Source: an uncultured Dehalococcoidia bacterium
GTDB lineage: Bacteria > Chloroflexota > Dehalococcoidia > Lucifugimonadales > JADFKI01
Assembly (NCBI GenBank): GCA_964595285.1
Contig: CAZQPS010000042.1
Coordinates: forward strand, 2,030 to 66,029
DNA length: 64,000 nt
Direction of reading: 5' to 3'
Shown here: in pieces, positions 1 to 8,409 of the stretch
How positions within the stretch are numbered: position 1 is the first letter of the stretch
Layout: each line of letters starts with the position of its first letter
The notes under the pieces: model-generated
Told to the model about the DNA's origin: nothing
Database searches by the model: none
What the model saw: the letters and a program-made list of their open reading frames with translations, nothing else
Made by a program: the position numbers and the translations under genes

Positions 1-902
1 TCTTTATTATCTTGTGAAATCAACTCGATCAGCTCCTTTTCAAGCTCTTTCACAGCTGGTATATCAGACTTGTTTATTGCAACCACTTGCCGCTTATCTA
101 CAAGTGAGCTATCAAATTTCTCTAATTCAAGATTAACTTTCCTGTAATCCTCCAGAGGGTCTAACGCGGATCCATCCACAACATGAAGGAGAAGTTGGGT
201 TCTTTCTATATGCCTAAGGAACTCGTGCCCAAGTCCTACTCCTTCATGGGCTCCTTCAATCAGGCCAGGAATATCAACCATTACGATTCGGTCGTTATGT
301 TTCTCAACTACTCCCAAAACAGGCTCAAGAGTAGTGAATGGGTAATCTGCAATCTTTGGACTTGCCTCGCTTACTGTTGATAGAAAACTAGATTTGCCCG
401 CATTTGGTAACCCAATTATGCCGACGTCCGCCAAAAGCTTCAACTCCAAATGTAATTGTAGTTGTTGGCCTTTCTCTCCCGCCTCCGATAATAGAGGAAA
501 TTGGTTGGTTGATGATGCGAAATGTGTGTTGCCTCGACCGCCATCTCCACCTCTCGCAGCAACGAACAACTGTCCCTCACCAGCCATATCTGCCAATTTC
601 TCCCCAGTAGACACAAGTGAAATGTTAGTACCTATAGGGACAGGTATTAAAATATCATTCCCGTCTCTTCCATGCTTCTTTGCCCTAGAGCCATGGGCAC
701 CATCTTCAGCAGTAAAAAGCCGCTTATACCGGAAACTCAGTAGCGTCGTAACGTTGGGGTCTGCTACAAATAAAACACTTCCACCTCGACCGCCATCTCC
801 TCCATCTGGACCTCCATAAGGCACAAACTTTTCTCTTCTCCCGCTAACTATTCCATTACCCCCGTTACCGCTGGTAATATTAATTATGGATTGATCTATC
901 AT
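1..902 (-). CDS. obg: GTPase Obg/CgtA (C-terminal end runs off the window)
   Basis: Reverse translation from the ATG at 902 gives MIDQSIINITSGNGGNGIVSGRREKFVPYGGPDGGDGGRGGSV, the Obg glycine-rich fold. It is followed by the G1 motif GLPNAGKSS and the G3 motif DIPGLIEGA. The + strand ORFs 394-819 and 404-610 are antisense shadows of this gene. Confidence 0.93.
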   Translation of the reverse strand, partial: MIDQSIINITSGNGGNGIVSGRREKFVPYGGPDGGDGGRGGSVLFVADPNVTTLLSFRYKRLFTAEDGAHGSRAKKHGRDGNDILIPVPIGTNISLVSTGEKLADMAGEGQLFVAARGGDGGRGNTHFASSTNQFPLLSEAGEKGQQLQLHLELKLLADVGIIGLPNAGKSSFLSTVSEASPKIADYPFTTLEPVLGVVEKHNDRIVMVDIPGLIEGAHEGVGLGHEFLRHIERTQLLLHVVDGSALDPLEDYRKVNLELEKFDSSLVDKRQVVAINKSDIPAVKELEKELIELISQDNK

Positions 903-1204
903 ATTTTTTCTTTATTATTTAATAATAATCTCTAATAAGGGTGTGTATATCGTGTATTAATATGTATTAAGTCTTTTTTACATGATTATACACCTGTTAG
1001 ATGGTCGGTCTATATTTGTGCATACATAGTTAATAAGTACTAAAGTATCGGTAGATATGGATAGACGATTTAGGCCTTTTGGGGAAAAGTTGACGACTAT
1101 TTGGAAGTCTTGGGAATTTGTGTAGATTAGAATGCGAAGTATTCACAAATTTTGGGGATTATCCTTTGATATTCAAGATTAATAATTTCATTTGTGGATA
1201 ACTT
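901..1204. other. Putative chromosomal replication origin (oriC): DnaA-box cluster plus AT-rich tract
   Basis: This is a 302-bp non-coding gap between the dnaA stop and the obg start. It contains a perfect DnaA box TGTGGATAA at 1193-1201. Boxes with one mismatch to TTATNCACA/TGTGNATAA lie at 942-950, 986-994, 1017-1025 and 1139-1147. An AT-rich tract spans 901-938. Confidence 0.55.
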
Positions 1205-2605
1205 TTATGAATCCGGATTCTGCGAGTCAAAGGATTCTCTAATTTTAAGAATTGCACGTTTTATTTCACCATCTTGATCTTTGCGGCGCTCAATAACTTT
1301 CCACCCGTGAAGTACCGTGCTGTGGTCTTTTCCGCCTAGAACACGCCCTATGGCTGAGGCGCCTAAGTGGGCCTCCTCTCGTAGGAGATACATCGCGACG
1401 TGCCGTGCCAAGGCGGTTCGTTTATCCCTGGCTCTTCCTCTCAAGGTTTCAATATTTGTGTCAAAGAAAGAGGAAACACCGTTTAAGATTTCTTTTTCAG
1501 TTAAGTCGTTACGCCTAAGTGATTCCGCGTGACTACAAGCAACACGCTCTGCGAGTGCAAGATCTATGGGTTCTCGTGTCAAATTAGAAAATGCCGCCAA
1601 TTTGTTTAGTGCGCCTTCAAGTTCCCTGACATTCTTATATGCACATCTAGCGATTAGCTCCAAAACGTCTTCGGGAAACGTCAGCATCAAGTGTTCTGCT
1701 TTACTTTTTAAAATTGCCAGTCGTGTCTCAATGTCAGGAGCTTGAATATCTACTACGAGTCCCCCTGACAACCTAGAACTAATCCGGCTTTCAAGAACGG
1801 TTAGCGCCTCAGGAGGTCTATCACTCGTGATAACTATTTGCTTGTTCAAAACATGCAGTGCGTTAAATGTGTGAAAGAATCCTTCTTGTGTCTGTTCTTT
1901 CCCAATTAAGAATTGTATGTCGTCAATTAAGAGTGCGTCGACGTTCCTGTACCTATCGCGAAAATCGTCTGTTTGTCCGGTTCTTATTGCCTTGATATAT
2001 TCATTCGTGAACTCCTCAGATGTAACATATATCAAGGAACGGCCCTGATTGACAAATGAGTGACCTACTGCGTGTAAAAGATGGGTCTTCCCTAGGCCGA
2101 CGCCTGAATAGATGACAAGAGGGTTATAAATTGATCCGAGGTTGCTGGAAATTGCTGTGGCGGCGGCGTGGGCTAGCTCATTCGCTTTTCCTACAACGAA
2201 ATTATTGAACGAATATCGGTTATTGAGAGGCGTTCCTTGCCGGGGATATATTTGTACTGTTGGTGATTCATAAATATGATCTGAGTTATCGTCATCTGTG
2301 CTGCTATTGCGAATTGGTTCGCTCTGATTAGATTGCGACGGCTCATTTATAAAAACTTGGAATTTTATATCTGCTTGCTCATTGGTGGTTTGCTCTAAAG
2401 CATTAGATATCATTGAATACATTCGTTTTTCCAACATTTCTGCAATGAAGGCGTTTGGAGTACCGATAACGAATTCTTGGTTGTTGAAGGAGATGCCGAT
2501 TGTGTCCTTCAACCAGGTGTCATAGCTAGGTTTGGTTATTTGCACCTGGAGAGCGCCAAGTGTAGCGTCCCAAATTTGACGGGCGCTCTGGGCAGAAGTT
2601 GTCAT
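1205..2605 (-). CDS. dnaA: Chromosomal replication initiator protein DnaA
   Basis: The N-terminus MTTSAQSARQIWDATLGALQVQITKPSYDTWLKDT is typical of DnaA. Walker A is GVGLGKTHL and Walker B is LLIDDIQF. The C-terminal DNA-binding region reads RHVAMYLLRE...KDHSTVLHG. The ATG at 2605 is preferred over the TTG at 2620. Confidence 0.96.
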   Translation of the reverse strand: MTTSAQSARQIWDATLGALQVQITKPSYDTWLKDTIGISFNNQEFVIGTPNAFIAEMLEKRMYSMISNALEQTTNEQADIKFQVFINEPSQSNQSEPIRNSSTDDDNSDHIYESPTVQIYPRQGTPLNNRYSFNNFVVGKANELAHAAATAISSNLGSIYNPLVIYSGVGLGKTHLLHAVGHSFVNQGRSLIYVTSEEFTNEYIKAIRTGQTDDFRDRYRNVDALLIDDIQFLIGKEQTQEGFFHTFNALHVLNKQIVITSDRPPEALTVLESRISSRLSGGLVVDIQAPDIETRLAILKSKAEHLMLTFPEDVLELIARCAYKNVRELEGALNKLAAFSNLTREPIDLALAERVACSHAESLRRNDLTEKEILNGVSSFFDTNIETLRGRARDKRTALARHVAMYLLREEAHLGASAIGRVLGGKDHSTVLHGWKVIERRKDQDGEIKRAILKIRESFDSQNPDS

Positions 2606-2800
2606 TAAGCATGGCCTCAAGAAAAATGCTAAAGCATTTGAAAAAATGTATGAGAACTAAATTCTATGCTTGACGTGTCAAGCAATCAATGCCTCAGATG
2701 TTCCGAACAAGTGATAGGTTTTATGTAATTAATAAACTAGAAAAGTATGGATAATAAATTAAGGCCTTTGTAGACGGACAGGCAGAAATAATTAAAGATG

Positions 2801-2834
2801 TACAATAAAAAACATAGGAATTACGTTGCTTGAA
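2801..2834. repeat. Direct repeat copy 1 (TACAATAAAAAACATAGGAATTACGTTGCTTGAA) in the dnaA upstream region
   Basis: 31 of 34 nt are identical to 2927-2960. The two copies are 126 bp apart. Confidence 0.8.
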
Positions 2835-2926
2835 TTGCGCTGTTTGAGGCTTTGGTGAGAAGAGTGTCTATTAGCTAGTTACAAGCAGATTTTGTTGTAT
2901 TTTGGAGCAAAAAGTTTTGGTCGAGG

Positions 2927-2960
2927 TATAATAAAAAACATAGGAATTGTGTTGCTTGAA
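2927..2960. repeat. Direct repeat copy 2 (TATAATAAAAAACATAGGAATTGTGTTGCTTGAA)
   Basis: This is the second copy of the 34-nt element. It begins with a consensus TATAAT hexamer. Confidence 0.8.
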
Positions 2961-3045
2961 AAAGTCGGCATTGATCGCCGACTATGAATATGGTAATTCC
3001 TTGATATATATGCATTATGTAAGTTGGGTATGGTTGGGGGAAGAG

Positions 3046-3792
3046 CTATTTTACTAGGAAATCACGTATTTGTTTAAGTAGGAAAATAGGGTTATCGGAA
3101 GAAATAGAGTGACCAGAATCTGGAACTTCAGTCAATTGCATGGTAGGTTGGCTGTGCCTCATTTTCGATATAATTTCTGGTGATAGGAAGTCACTGTCCT
3201 GACCTTTCAGCTCGAGAATCGGGCAGCTTATCTTGGCCCATTTATCCCAAAGTGAAGGGACTTCTCTGGCGCCGAAACTACCATTGATCCAGAACATTTC
3301 TGGATCATGCTTAGGTACGTATTTTCCTGCGTAGTTAAGTCGCAGATTATTACGGGCCTGATTCGCATAATAGTCTAGGCCTGGTCTTGCGTTGGCTGAC
3401 ATAGAAGACTCCACAAATTCCTGCATGCTTCGGAAACCAAGCCTCCTGTCATTCATACCATTTATTTGATTTTTAGCTGATGACACGCTCATCTCCGGTC
3501 CGTAATCTAGACATATTAGATGCGTCAAATGATTTGAACAATCGCCTGCATGATATATTCCATTACGTGCGCCTAAGGAGGCCCCGACTAGCGCATATGT
3601 GTTGAAAGATATCGCACTGGTAAATTTTTGGATATCACTAGCGAATGCATCTACAGCATAACCGTCCCGTGTGTGGTCAGATTCTCCGTGTCCTCGTTGG
3701 TCCAGAGCTATGATATGAAACTCATCCTTGAGTTCAGCAGCAATGTGGTCCCAATTATGAGCGCTGCCATTTTGTCCATGAAGGAGAAGCAA
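3046..3792 (-). CDS. Alpha/beta-fold hydrolase
   Basis: The oxyanion motif is LLLHGQNGS, the nucleophile elbow is GASLG and a C-terminal His lies in DSGHS. The frame stays open upstream to 3915 and encodes conserved-looking N-terminal strands (RFIVVDGIRLHYLDWGG) with no ATG, GTG or TTG. The true start may therefore be non-canonical (see findings). Confidence 0.85.
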   Translation of the reverse strand: MLLLHGQNGSAHNWDHIAAELKDEFHIIALDQRGHGESDHTRDGYAVDAFASDIQKFTSAISFNTYALVGASLGARNGIYHAGDCSNHLTHLICLDYGPEMSVSSAKNQINGMNDRRLGFRSMQEFVESSMSANARPGLDYYANQARNNLRLNYAGKYVPKHDPEMFWINGSFGAREVPSLWDKWAKISCPILELKGQDSDFLSPEIISKMRHSQPTMQLTEVPDSGHSISSDNPIFLLKQIRDFLVK

Positions 3793-3894
3793 ATTATGGG
3801 ATGACGTCCCTCCCCAATCTAGATAATGCAGACGAATACCGTCAACTACTATAAAGCGGCTCTGTGGTCGTTTAATTGCAATCTCTCCTGCACT

Positions 3895-3940
3895 ATAAAG
3901 ACAAATGGCCGCTGACTAAGCAGCGGCCATTTGTCTTTAT
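3895..3940 (-). terminator. Perfect 20-bp-stem hairpin downstream of rpsU
   Basis: ATAAAGACAAATGGCCGCTG (3895-3914) pairs with CAGCGGCCATTTGTCTTTAT (3921-3940) around a 6-nt loop. The hairpin is symmetric and U-containing in both directions. Confidence 0.65.
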
Positions 3941-3979
3941 ACATTCAAATTCCTAAATTTCTAGGACGACTAATTAAAA

Positions 3980-4168
3980 TTACCGATTGCGCCGCCTTCG
4001 CATTCGTCTTAAGCTTCTCTGCTTGTCGAGTCTGGTTTGCTCGCCTTTGGAACGGAAGAAACGCCTGTTCCTCAGTTCTCTCAGGATACCAGATCGCTGC
4101 ATAGAGGTTTGGAATCGCTTGAGAAGAACCTCAGGATCTTCTCCCTCACGAAGAGTTACTTGTGACAA
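3980..4168 (-). CDS. rpsU: 30S ribosomal protein S21
   Basis: The protein reads VTLREGEDPEVLLKRFQTSMQRSGILRELRNRRFFRSKGEQTRLDKQRS and ends in a basic tail. The TTG at 4168 follows AAGGAG by 9 nt. The longest ORF, from the GTG at 4210, would add 14 non-conserved residues. Confidence 0.88.
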   Translation of the reverse strand: MSQVTLREGEDPEVLLKRFQTSMQRSGILRELRNRRFFRSKGEQTRLDKQRSLRRMRRRRNR

Positions 4169-4290
4169 TAAAAGACGCTCCTTCTTATTTACTGCGCTGC
4201 CGTAATTCACTCAGCACATAAAATTATAACATACTGGATTTTCGGGAACAATATGAATCGGAAGAGTATGGTAATCGTTGACTAACAAAT

Positions 4291-5079
4291 CTAAATATAT
4301 GGCCAAGGTACGTCTCTGGAAGGATCCATTATTGGGATCTCGCGCTTGTCAACAATGATTTCTACGCGCTTTAAAAGCGCGTCAATCTCACCAGTTGAGA
4401 GTAATGTAGAGAAGGTCTCTCTTAAATTGTTATGAGGCAATGTGTCTTTCTGTATTAAACTTTTTAGATCATTGGCTATATTTTCTGAGATAGTTTTACC
4501 CCAATATTCTAACATTACTGTTCTCATCTTAAACGCTCGATGGAATGTCAGCCCATGATCAATGCTCCAGAGACTTCCGTCGTTATCTAATAAACAGTGT
4601 CCACCTTTTCTGTCTCCGTTATTTGCTATCACGTCAAAAACAGCAAATGTTTCGAACTCTGCCAACATATTTTCCCGCAGATCAAAGTATGTTATTTCCG
4701 GATTTGATTCTATAAAAAGTTGCATTGAACCAAGACCATAGGGACCATCTCTAACTATGGTATGCGGTATGTTGGGCCATCCCAAGATACTGCTCAGTAG
4801 GAAAGCAGCACGTTCGCGGCGATAGAGAGTCCCTGTGGGATAGTCATGTAGGGGACGTTCCCCATCCCGCGGCTTATAAATTGCTTTAATGTGCTGGTCT
4901 TCCCCTGCGTCTAAATGCACTAAAAAAGTGTAATTGGAGCCCCAGGGGAGTCTATATCCGCCAATAACCTCGCCTCTCTCCAAAACTGAAATCGCGTCTG
5001 AGCCTGATAGAGTTATCTCCGTGCTGGGTGCACTTTCGCGATTGTTGTCCTTTTTCGTTTGCTTTCTTTTTGATGTCAA
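4291..5079 (-). CDS. SCO1664-family protein (PI3/PI4-kinase-like fold), function unknown
   Basis: A kinase-like catalytic loop GDRKGGHCLL and a DFG-like SIDHG are present. I recognise the overall sequence pattern as the partner of DUF3090. Confidence 0.75.
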   Translation of the reverse strand: MTSKRKQTKKDNNRESAPSTEITLSGSDAISVLERGEVIGGYRLPWGSNYTFLVHLDAGEDQHIKAIYKPRDGERPLHDYPTGTLYRRERAAFLLSSILGWPNIPHTIVRDGPYGLGSMQLFIESNPEITYFDLRENMLAEFETFAVFDVIANNGDRKGGHCLLDNDGSLWSIDHGLTFHRAFKMRTVMLEYWGKTISENIANDLKSLIQKDTLPHNNLRETFSTLLSTGEIDALLKRVEIIVDKREIPIMDPSRDVPWPYI

Positions 5080-5120
5080 AGTATATCTAGGCGGGATAGT
5101 CGATTATACAATCAACTATC

Positions 5121-5648
5121 CTAGTCCTCCTCCAGGTATGTGATACGCTTAGCGTGCCCATTCATACGAGGACATTCGTGCCCATTTGGGTCTATAGCTC
5201 TGCCACAGAGCGGACATAGTGGTCGACCAGCTGCGCATACGTTTATTGCTTCCTCGGCAAAGGCTTCAACTTGACCCCTATTGACCCAGATCCGAAGTGT
5301 CGCTTCTGTTTCATTGGCATCTTCAAGATCGTAGGCATCAATTAGAAAGAGGCCGTTGTTGCTATCATGTCCCAGTACGAGCTTGCCTAATTTAAAGTCT
5401 AATTTAGTAAGCCCGGGTGCCTCTCTATCCATGGGTATAGTGTGTGGTAGTTCTTCTCCAAGCGTAAGCGATCCGGTGAGTCTCTGAATACCGAGGGCAA
5501 GCTGAAACAACTGCTCTTTTTCGAGCCAAATGTTTGCGGTGCTGCTTTCGCTGTCGGCGATGATTCTAAAAGTTCTTTGGCCTGGTTGTCCCAAGGCCTC
5601 AGCTAGCAGCCTAAATATTCTGGTGAATTCGATATTTGCCTCTGCCAT
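5121..5648 (-). CDS. DUF3090-family protein (C-terminal Cys3-His zinc knuckle)
   Basis: The protein begins FRIIADSESSTANIWLEKEQL and ends CPLCGRAIDPNGHECPRMNGH. It lies 41 nt upstream of the SCO1664-family gene on the same strand. Confidence 0.75.
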   Translation of the reverse strand: MAEANIEFTRIFRLLAEALGQPGQRTFRIIADSESSTANIWLEKEQLFQLALGIQRLTGSLTLGEELPHTIPMDREAPGLTKLDFKLGKLVLGHDSNNGLFLIDAYDLEDANETEATLRIWVNRGQVEAFAEEAINVCAAGRPLCPLCGRAIDPNGHECPRMNGHAKRITYLEED

Positions 5649-5959
5649 GGTCTACTATTCATGATAGTCTCTCATGTAACGCAACGCAAGCCCTAAGTGA
5701 GGCTTGGAGGCAATGTAAGAATAGAAGTATTTGGCCGAGGTTTCTTTAAGAGAAAAAGGTAATTACAGGGGTCACGTGCTTTTAAAATAACCATATGCTA
5801 AAATTGACAACTTCGCCGTCGAGGTGGGCTGCATCCTGTGCAATTTCTACTATGTCGTTGAAAAATCGCCAGCGGAAGAAACAAATAAAATTCTTTGTTC
5901 TGAAAGGTACCCAGCAGAGAATTAATCAGCAAATAGGGATTCTGAGGAGTATTTAGACG

Positions 5960-7054
5960 ATGCTAGAGCGATTCAAAGTGCCTAAAAAAGATGAAGTAAG
6001 GATATCTCATGAGTCACTTCATCTGGTAGTTAAAGCCATATTTGAGAACCTAGGAAATTCTAGTGAAGACGCGGAAGAGGCTGCTGATGTATTAGCGATG
6101 ACGGATCTCAGAGGCGTAGAAACTCATGGGGTATCCAACATGCTGCGATCCTACATTGATCAGTATACCAGCGGCCAAGTGAACCCTGACCCACGCTGGT
6201 CTATCGAGAAAGAAACGCCCGCCATTGCGGTGGTGAACGCTGATAGAGGCTTAGGTGTTGTTCTTGGGCGACGCGCCATGGATATTGCGATTGAGAAAGC
6301 CAAAACTGTTGGGGTAGGAATCGTAACAATGAATAATGGTGCACATCTTGGAGCAGTCGGACATTTCTCTATGTATGCCGCTCAGCAGGGCATGGTTGGT
6401 ATGTGTGCCACGTCTGCCGGTCGAGGAGTACTCCCAACTTTCGGATCTGAAGGAAGATTTGGAACAAACCCCATATCCATAGCTGCACCTGCTGGCACGG
6501 AAGCACCGTTACTATTTGATGCAGCGACGTCGCAGATAGCTGGCAATAAATTCTCTCTTGCTAGAAGAGTGGGTTCTGACCTTCTAGGAGGATGGATAGC
6601 AGACGATTTGGGAAATCCTATAATGGACGAAACAGAAGTTCCCGAGGACTATGGTGGATTGCTGCCTATTGGGGGCACTCGTGAGAATGGATCTCACAAG
6701 GGTTACGGATTTCTCATGATGGTCGAAGTGTTGGCAGCTATGCTTTCAGGGTCCGTGCCAGGCATGTTTGACGAAGAATTATTTGAGAGTGGTTATAAGC
6801 ACTATTTCGCTGCTTATAATATTGAGTCTTTTACGGACTTGGAACTGTTCAAGCGGAATATGGATGAAATGTTGCAGAAATTGAGATCAACACCTCCAGC
6901 ACCTGGGCAAGCACGTGTTCTTTATCCTGGACTTGCAGAGTTTGAGGAAGAGCTTGATCGGCGTGCTAATGGAATTCCTTTGCACGTAGAAGTGGTGGAA
7001 TGGTTCAAAAATATATCGGAAGAAATGAGCGTGCCTTCACTAGAAATCCTGTAA
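5960..7054 (+). CDS. Ldh_2-family (malate/L-lactate/sulfolactate-type) NAD(P)H oxidoreductase
   Basis: Motifs seen are TDLRGVETHGV, FGTNPISIAAP and GSHKGYGF. Confidence 0.85.
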   Translation: MLERFKVPKKDEVRISHESLHLVVKAIFENLGNSSEDAEEAADVLAMTDLRGVETHGVSNMLRSYIDQYTSGQVNPDPRWSIEKETPAIAVVNADRGLGVVLGRRAMDIAIEKAKTVGVGIVTMNNGAHLGAVGHFSMYAAQQGMVGMCATSAGRGVLPTFGSEGRFGTNPISIAAPAGTEAPLLFDAATSQIAGNKFSLARRVGSDLLGGWIADDLGNPIMDETEVPEDYGGLLPIGGTRENGSHKGYGFLMMVEVLAAMLSGSVPGMFDEELFESGYKHYFAAYNIESFTDLELFKRNMDEMLQKLRSTPPAPGQARVLYPGLAEFEEELDRRANGIPLHVEVVEWFKNISEEMSVPSLEIL

Positions 7055-7142
7055 CTAGGTAGGGGAAAGACAGGTCCATTTGGGCCGTAGGACTCGCACA
7101 TTGAGTGAGAAAGAATTAGTTGATTTCGAAGGGAGAAAAGAA

Positions 7143-7901
7143 ATGGGGAAACTAGATGGCAAAGTAGCCTTTATAAGTGGAGGTGCACGCGGTCAAGGCG
7201 CGGCGGAAGCCAAATTATTTGTTCAAGAGGGTGCCAGAGTGGTAATAGGCGATATTCTTGACGAAGAGGGAAGGAAAATCGAGGCTGAGATACAGGAACT
7301 TGGGGGTGAGGCCACATATGTGCATTTAGATGTCACCAATGAGTCAAATTGGGAAAAAGCTATTCACGAAACAGTGGAGCGTTATGGCAAACTTGACATT
7401 CTAGTTAACAACGCTGCGATAGTAATTCCGAAAACATCTATCGAAGAGCGAACGGGAGAGGAATGGGATCGTATATTTGAAGTCAATACTAAGGGCGTAT
7501 TTTTAGGCACAAAGCATGCCCTACCGGTTCTCCGTGAATCAGGAGGCGGGTCCATTGTAAATATTTCATCGGTGGCAGGCATAGCTCAAAGTATGCACCA
7601 AGAGCCAGCATACGCATCTAGTAAGGCTGCGGTGAGAATTTTCACCAAAGTCACTGCTGCCCAACACGCGAAGGACCATATCAGGTGTAATTCGGTTCAT
7701 CCTGGTCCGATAGATACTGATATGCTCATGGCTTCCATGGGCAGCCCTGAGAATATGGCCAACCGTCTTACCCGTGTTCCTATGGAAAGGAAAGGGACTG
7801 CGGAAGAAATCGCAAAGGGTGTGCTCTATTTGGCATCGGATGATTCTTCATATGTAACGGGTTCGGAATTGGTTATTGATGGCGGCGCTATAGTAATGTA
7901 G
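7143..7901 (+). CDS. Short-chain dehydrogenase/reductase
   Basis: The cofactor motif is GKVAFISGGARGQG, NNAA is present and the catalytic motif is YASSK. The ATG at 7143 follows GAAGGGAG. The GTG-type start at 7080 would add 21 non-conserved residues. Confidence 0.9.
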   Translation: MGKLDGKVAFISGGARGQGAAEAKLFVQEGARVVIGDILDEEGRKIEAEIQELGGEATYVHLDVTNESNWEKAIHETVERYGKLDILVNNAAIVIPKTSIEERTGEEWDRIFEVNTKGVFLGTKHALPVLRESGGGSIVNISSVAGIAQSMHQEPAYASSKAAVRIFTKVTAAQHAKDHIRCNSVHPGPIDTDMLMASMGSPENMANRLTRVPMERKGTAEEIAKGVLYLASDDSSYVTGSELVIDGGAIVM

Positions 7902-7926
7902 TTATAGAACTGATGAGAGGAAGTTT

Positions 7927-8400
7927 ATGCCGAGAGCGCCCTTTCAGGTATTAGTTTTTCCTTTTCGCAGGTTGGCGTCTGCCGATGAACATAGAGTAGA
8001 ATTTGCTCTGTTCAAGCGTCGTTCTGAAGGGTATTGGCAGCCAATAGCAGGTGGTGGCGAGGATGAAGAATTCCCTCTGGAATCTGCACGCAGGGAAGCA
8101 GATGAGGAAGGTGGAATTCTACCTTCCAAAAAATTCTTCATGTTAGATACGGTGACGAGAATACCTGCGTATTTTTTTCGGGACAGAAGTATATGGCCCC
8201 AAAGTGTTTACGTAATACCAAACTACTGCTTTGCAGTTGAACTGGATACTGATTGCCTCACACTCTCAGTGGAACATACAGAATTTTTGTGGTGTGGTTT
8301 TGAGCGAGCATATAGACTGCTTTACTGGGAGGATAACCGGACCGCTCTGTGGGAGCTGAATGAGAGATTGATAAACGACGATCTCCCCCAACCTCTGTAG
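7927..8400 (+). CDS. NUDIX hydrolase (NudB-like)
   Basis: The Nudix box reads GGGEDEEFPLESARREADEEGGI. Confidence 0.8.
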   Translation: MPRAPFQVLVFPFRRLASADEHRVEFALFKRRSEGYWQPIAGGGEDEEFPLESARREADEEGGILPSKKFFMLDTVTRIPAYFFRDRSIWPQSVYVIPNYCFAVELDTDCLTLSVEHTEFLWCGFERAYRLLYWEDNRTALWELNERLINDDLPQPL

Positions 8401-8409
8401 TTTATTAGT

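Noticed and set aside
394-819. A 141-aa + strand ORF (with nested ORF 404-610) rich in Pro, Ser and Gly
   Set aside because: It is the antisense frame of the glycine-rich Obg fold (GGxGG repeats read backwards give PPxPP). It has no SD, and the obg reading frame on the - strand explains the region fully.
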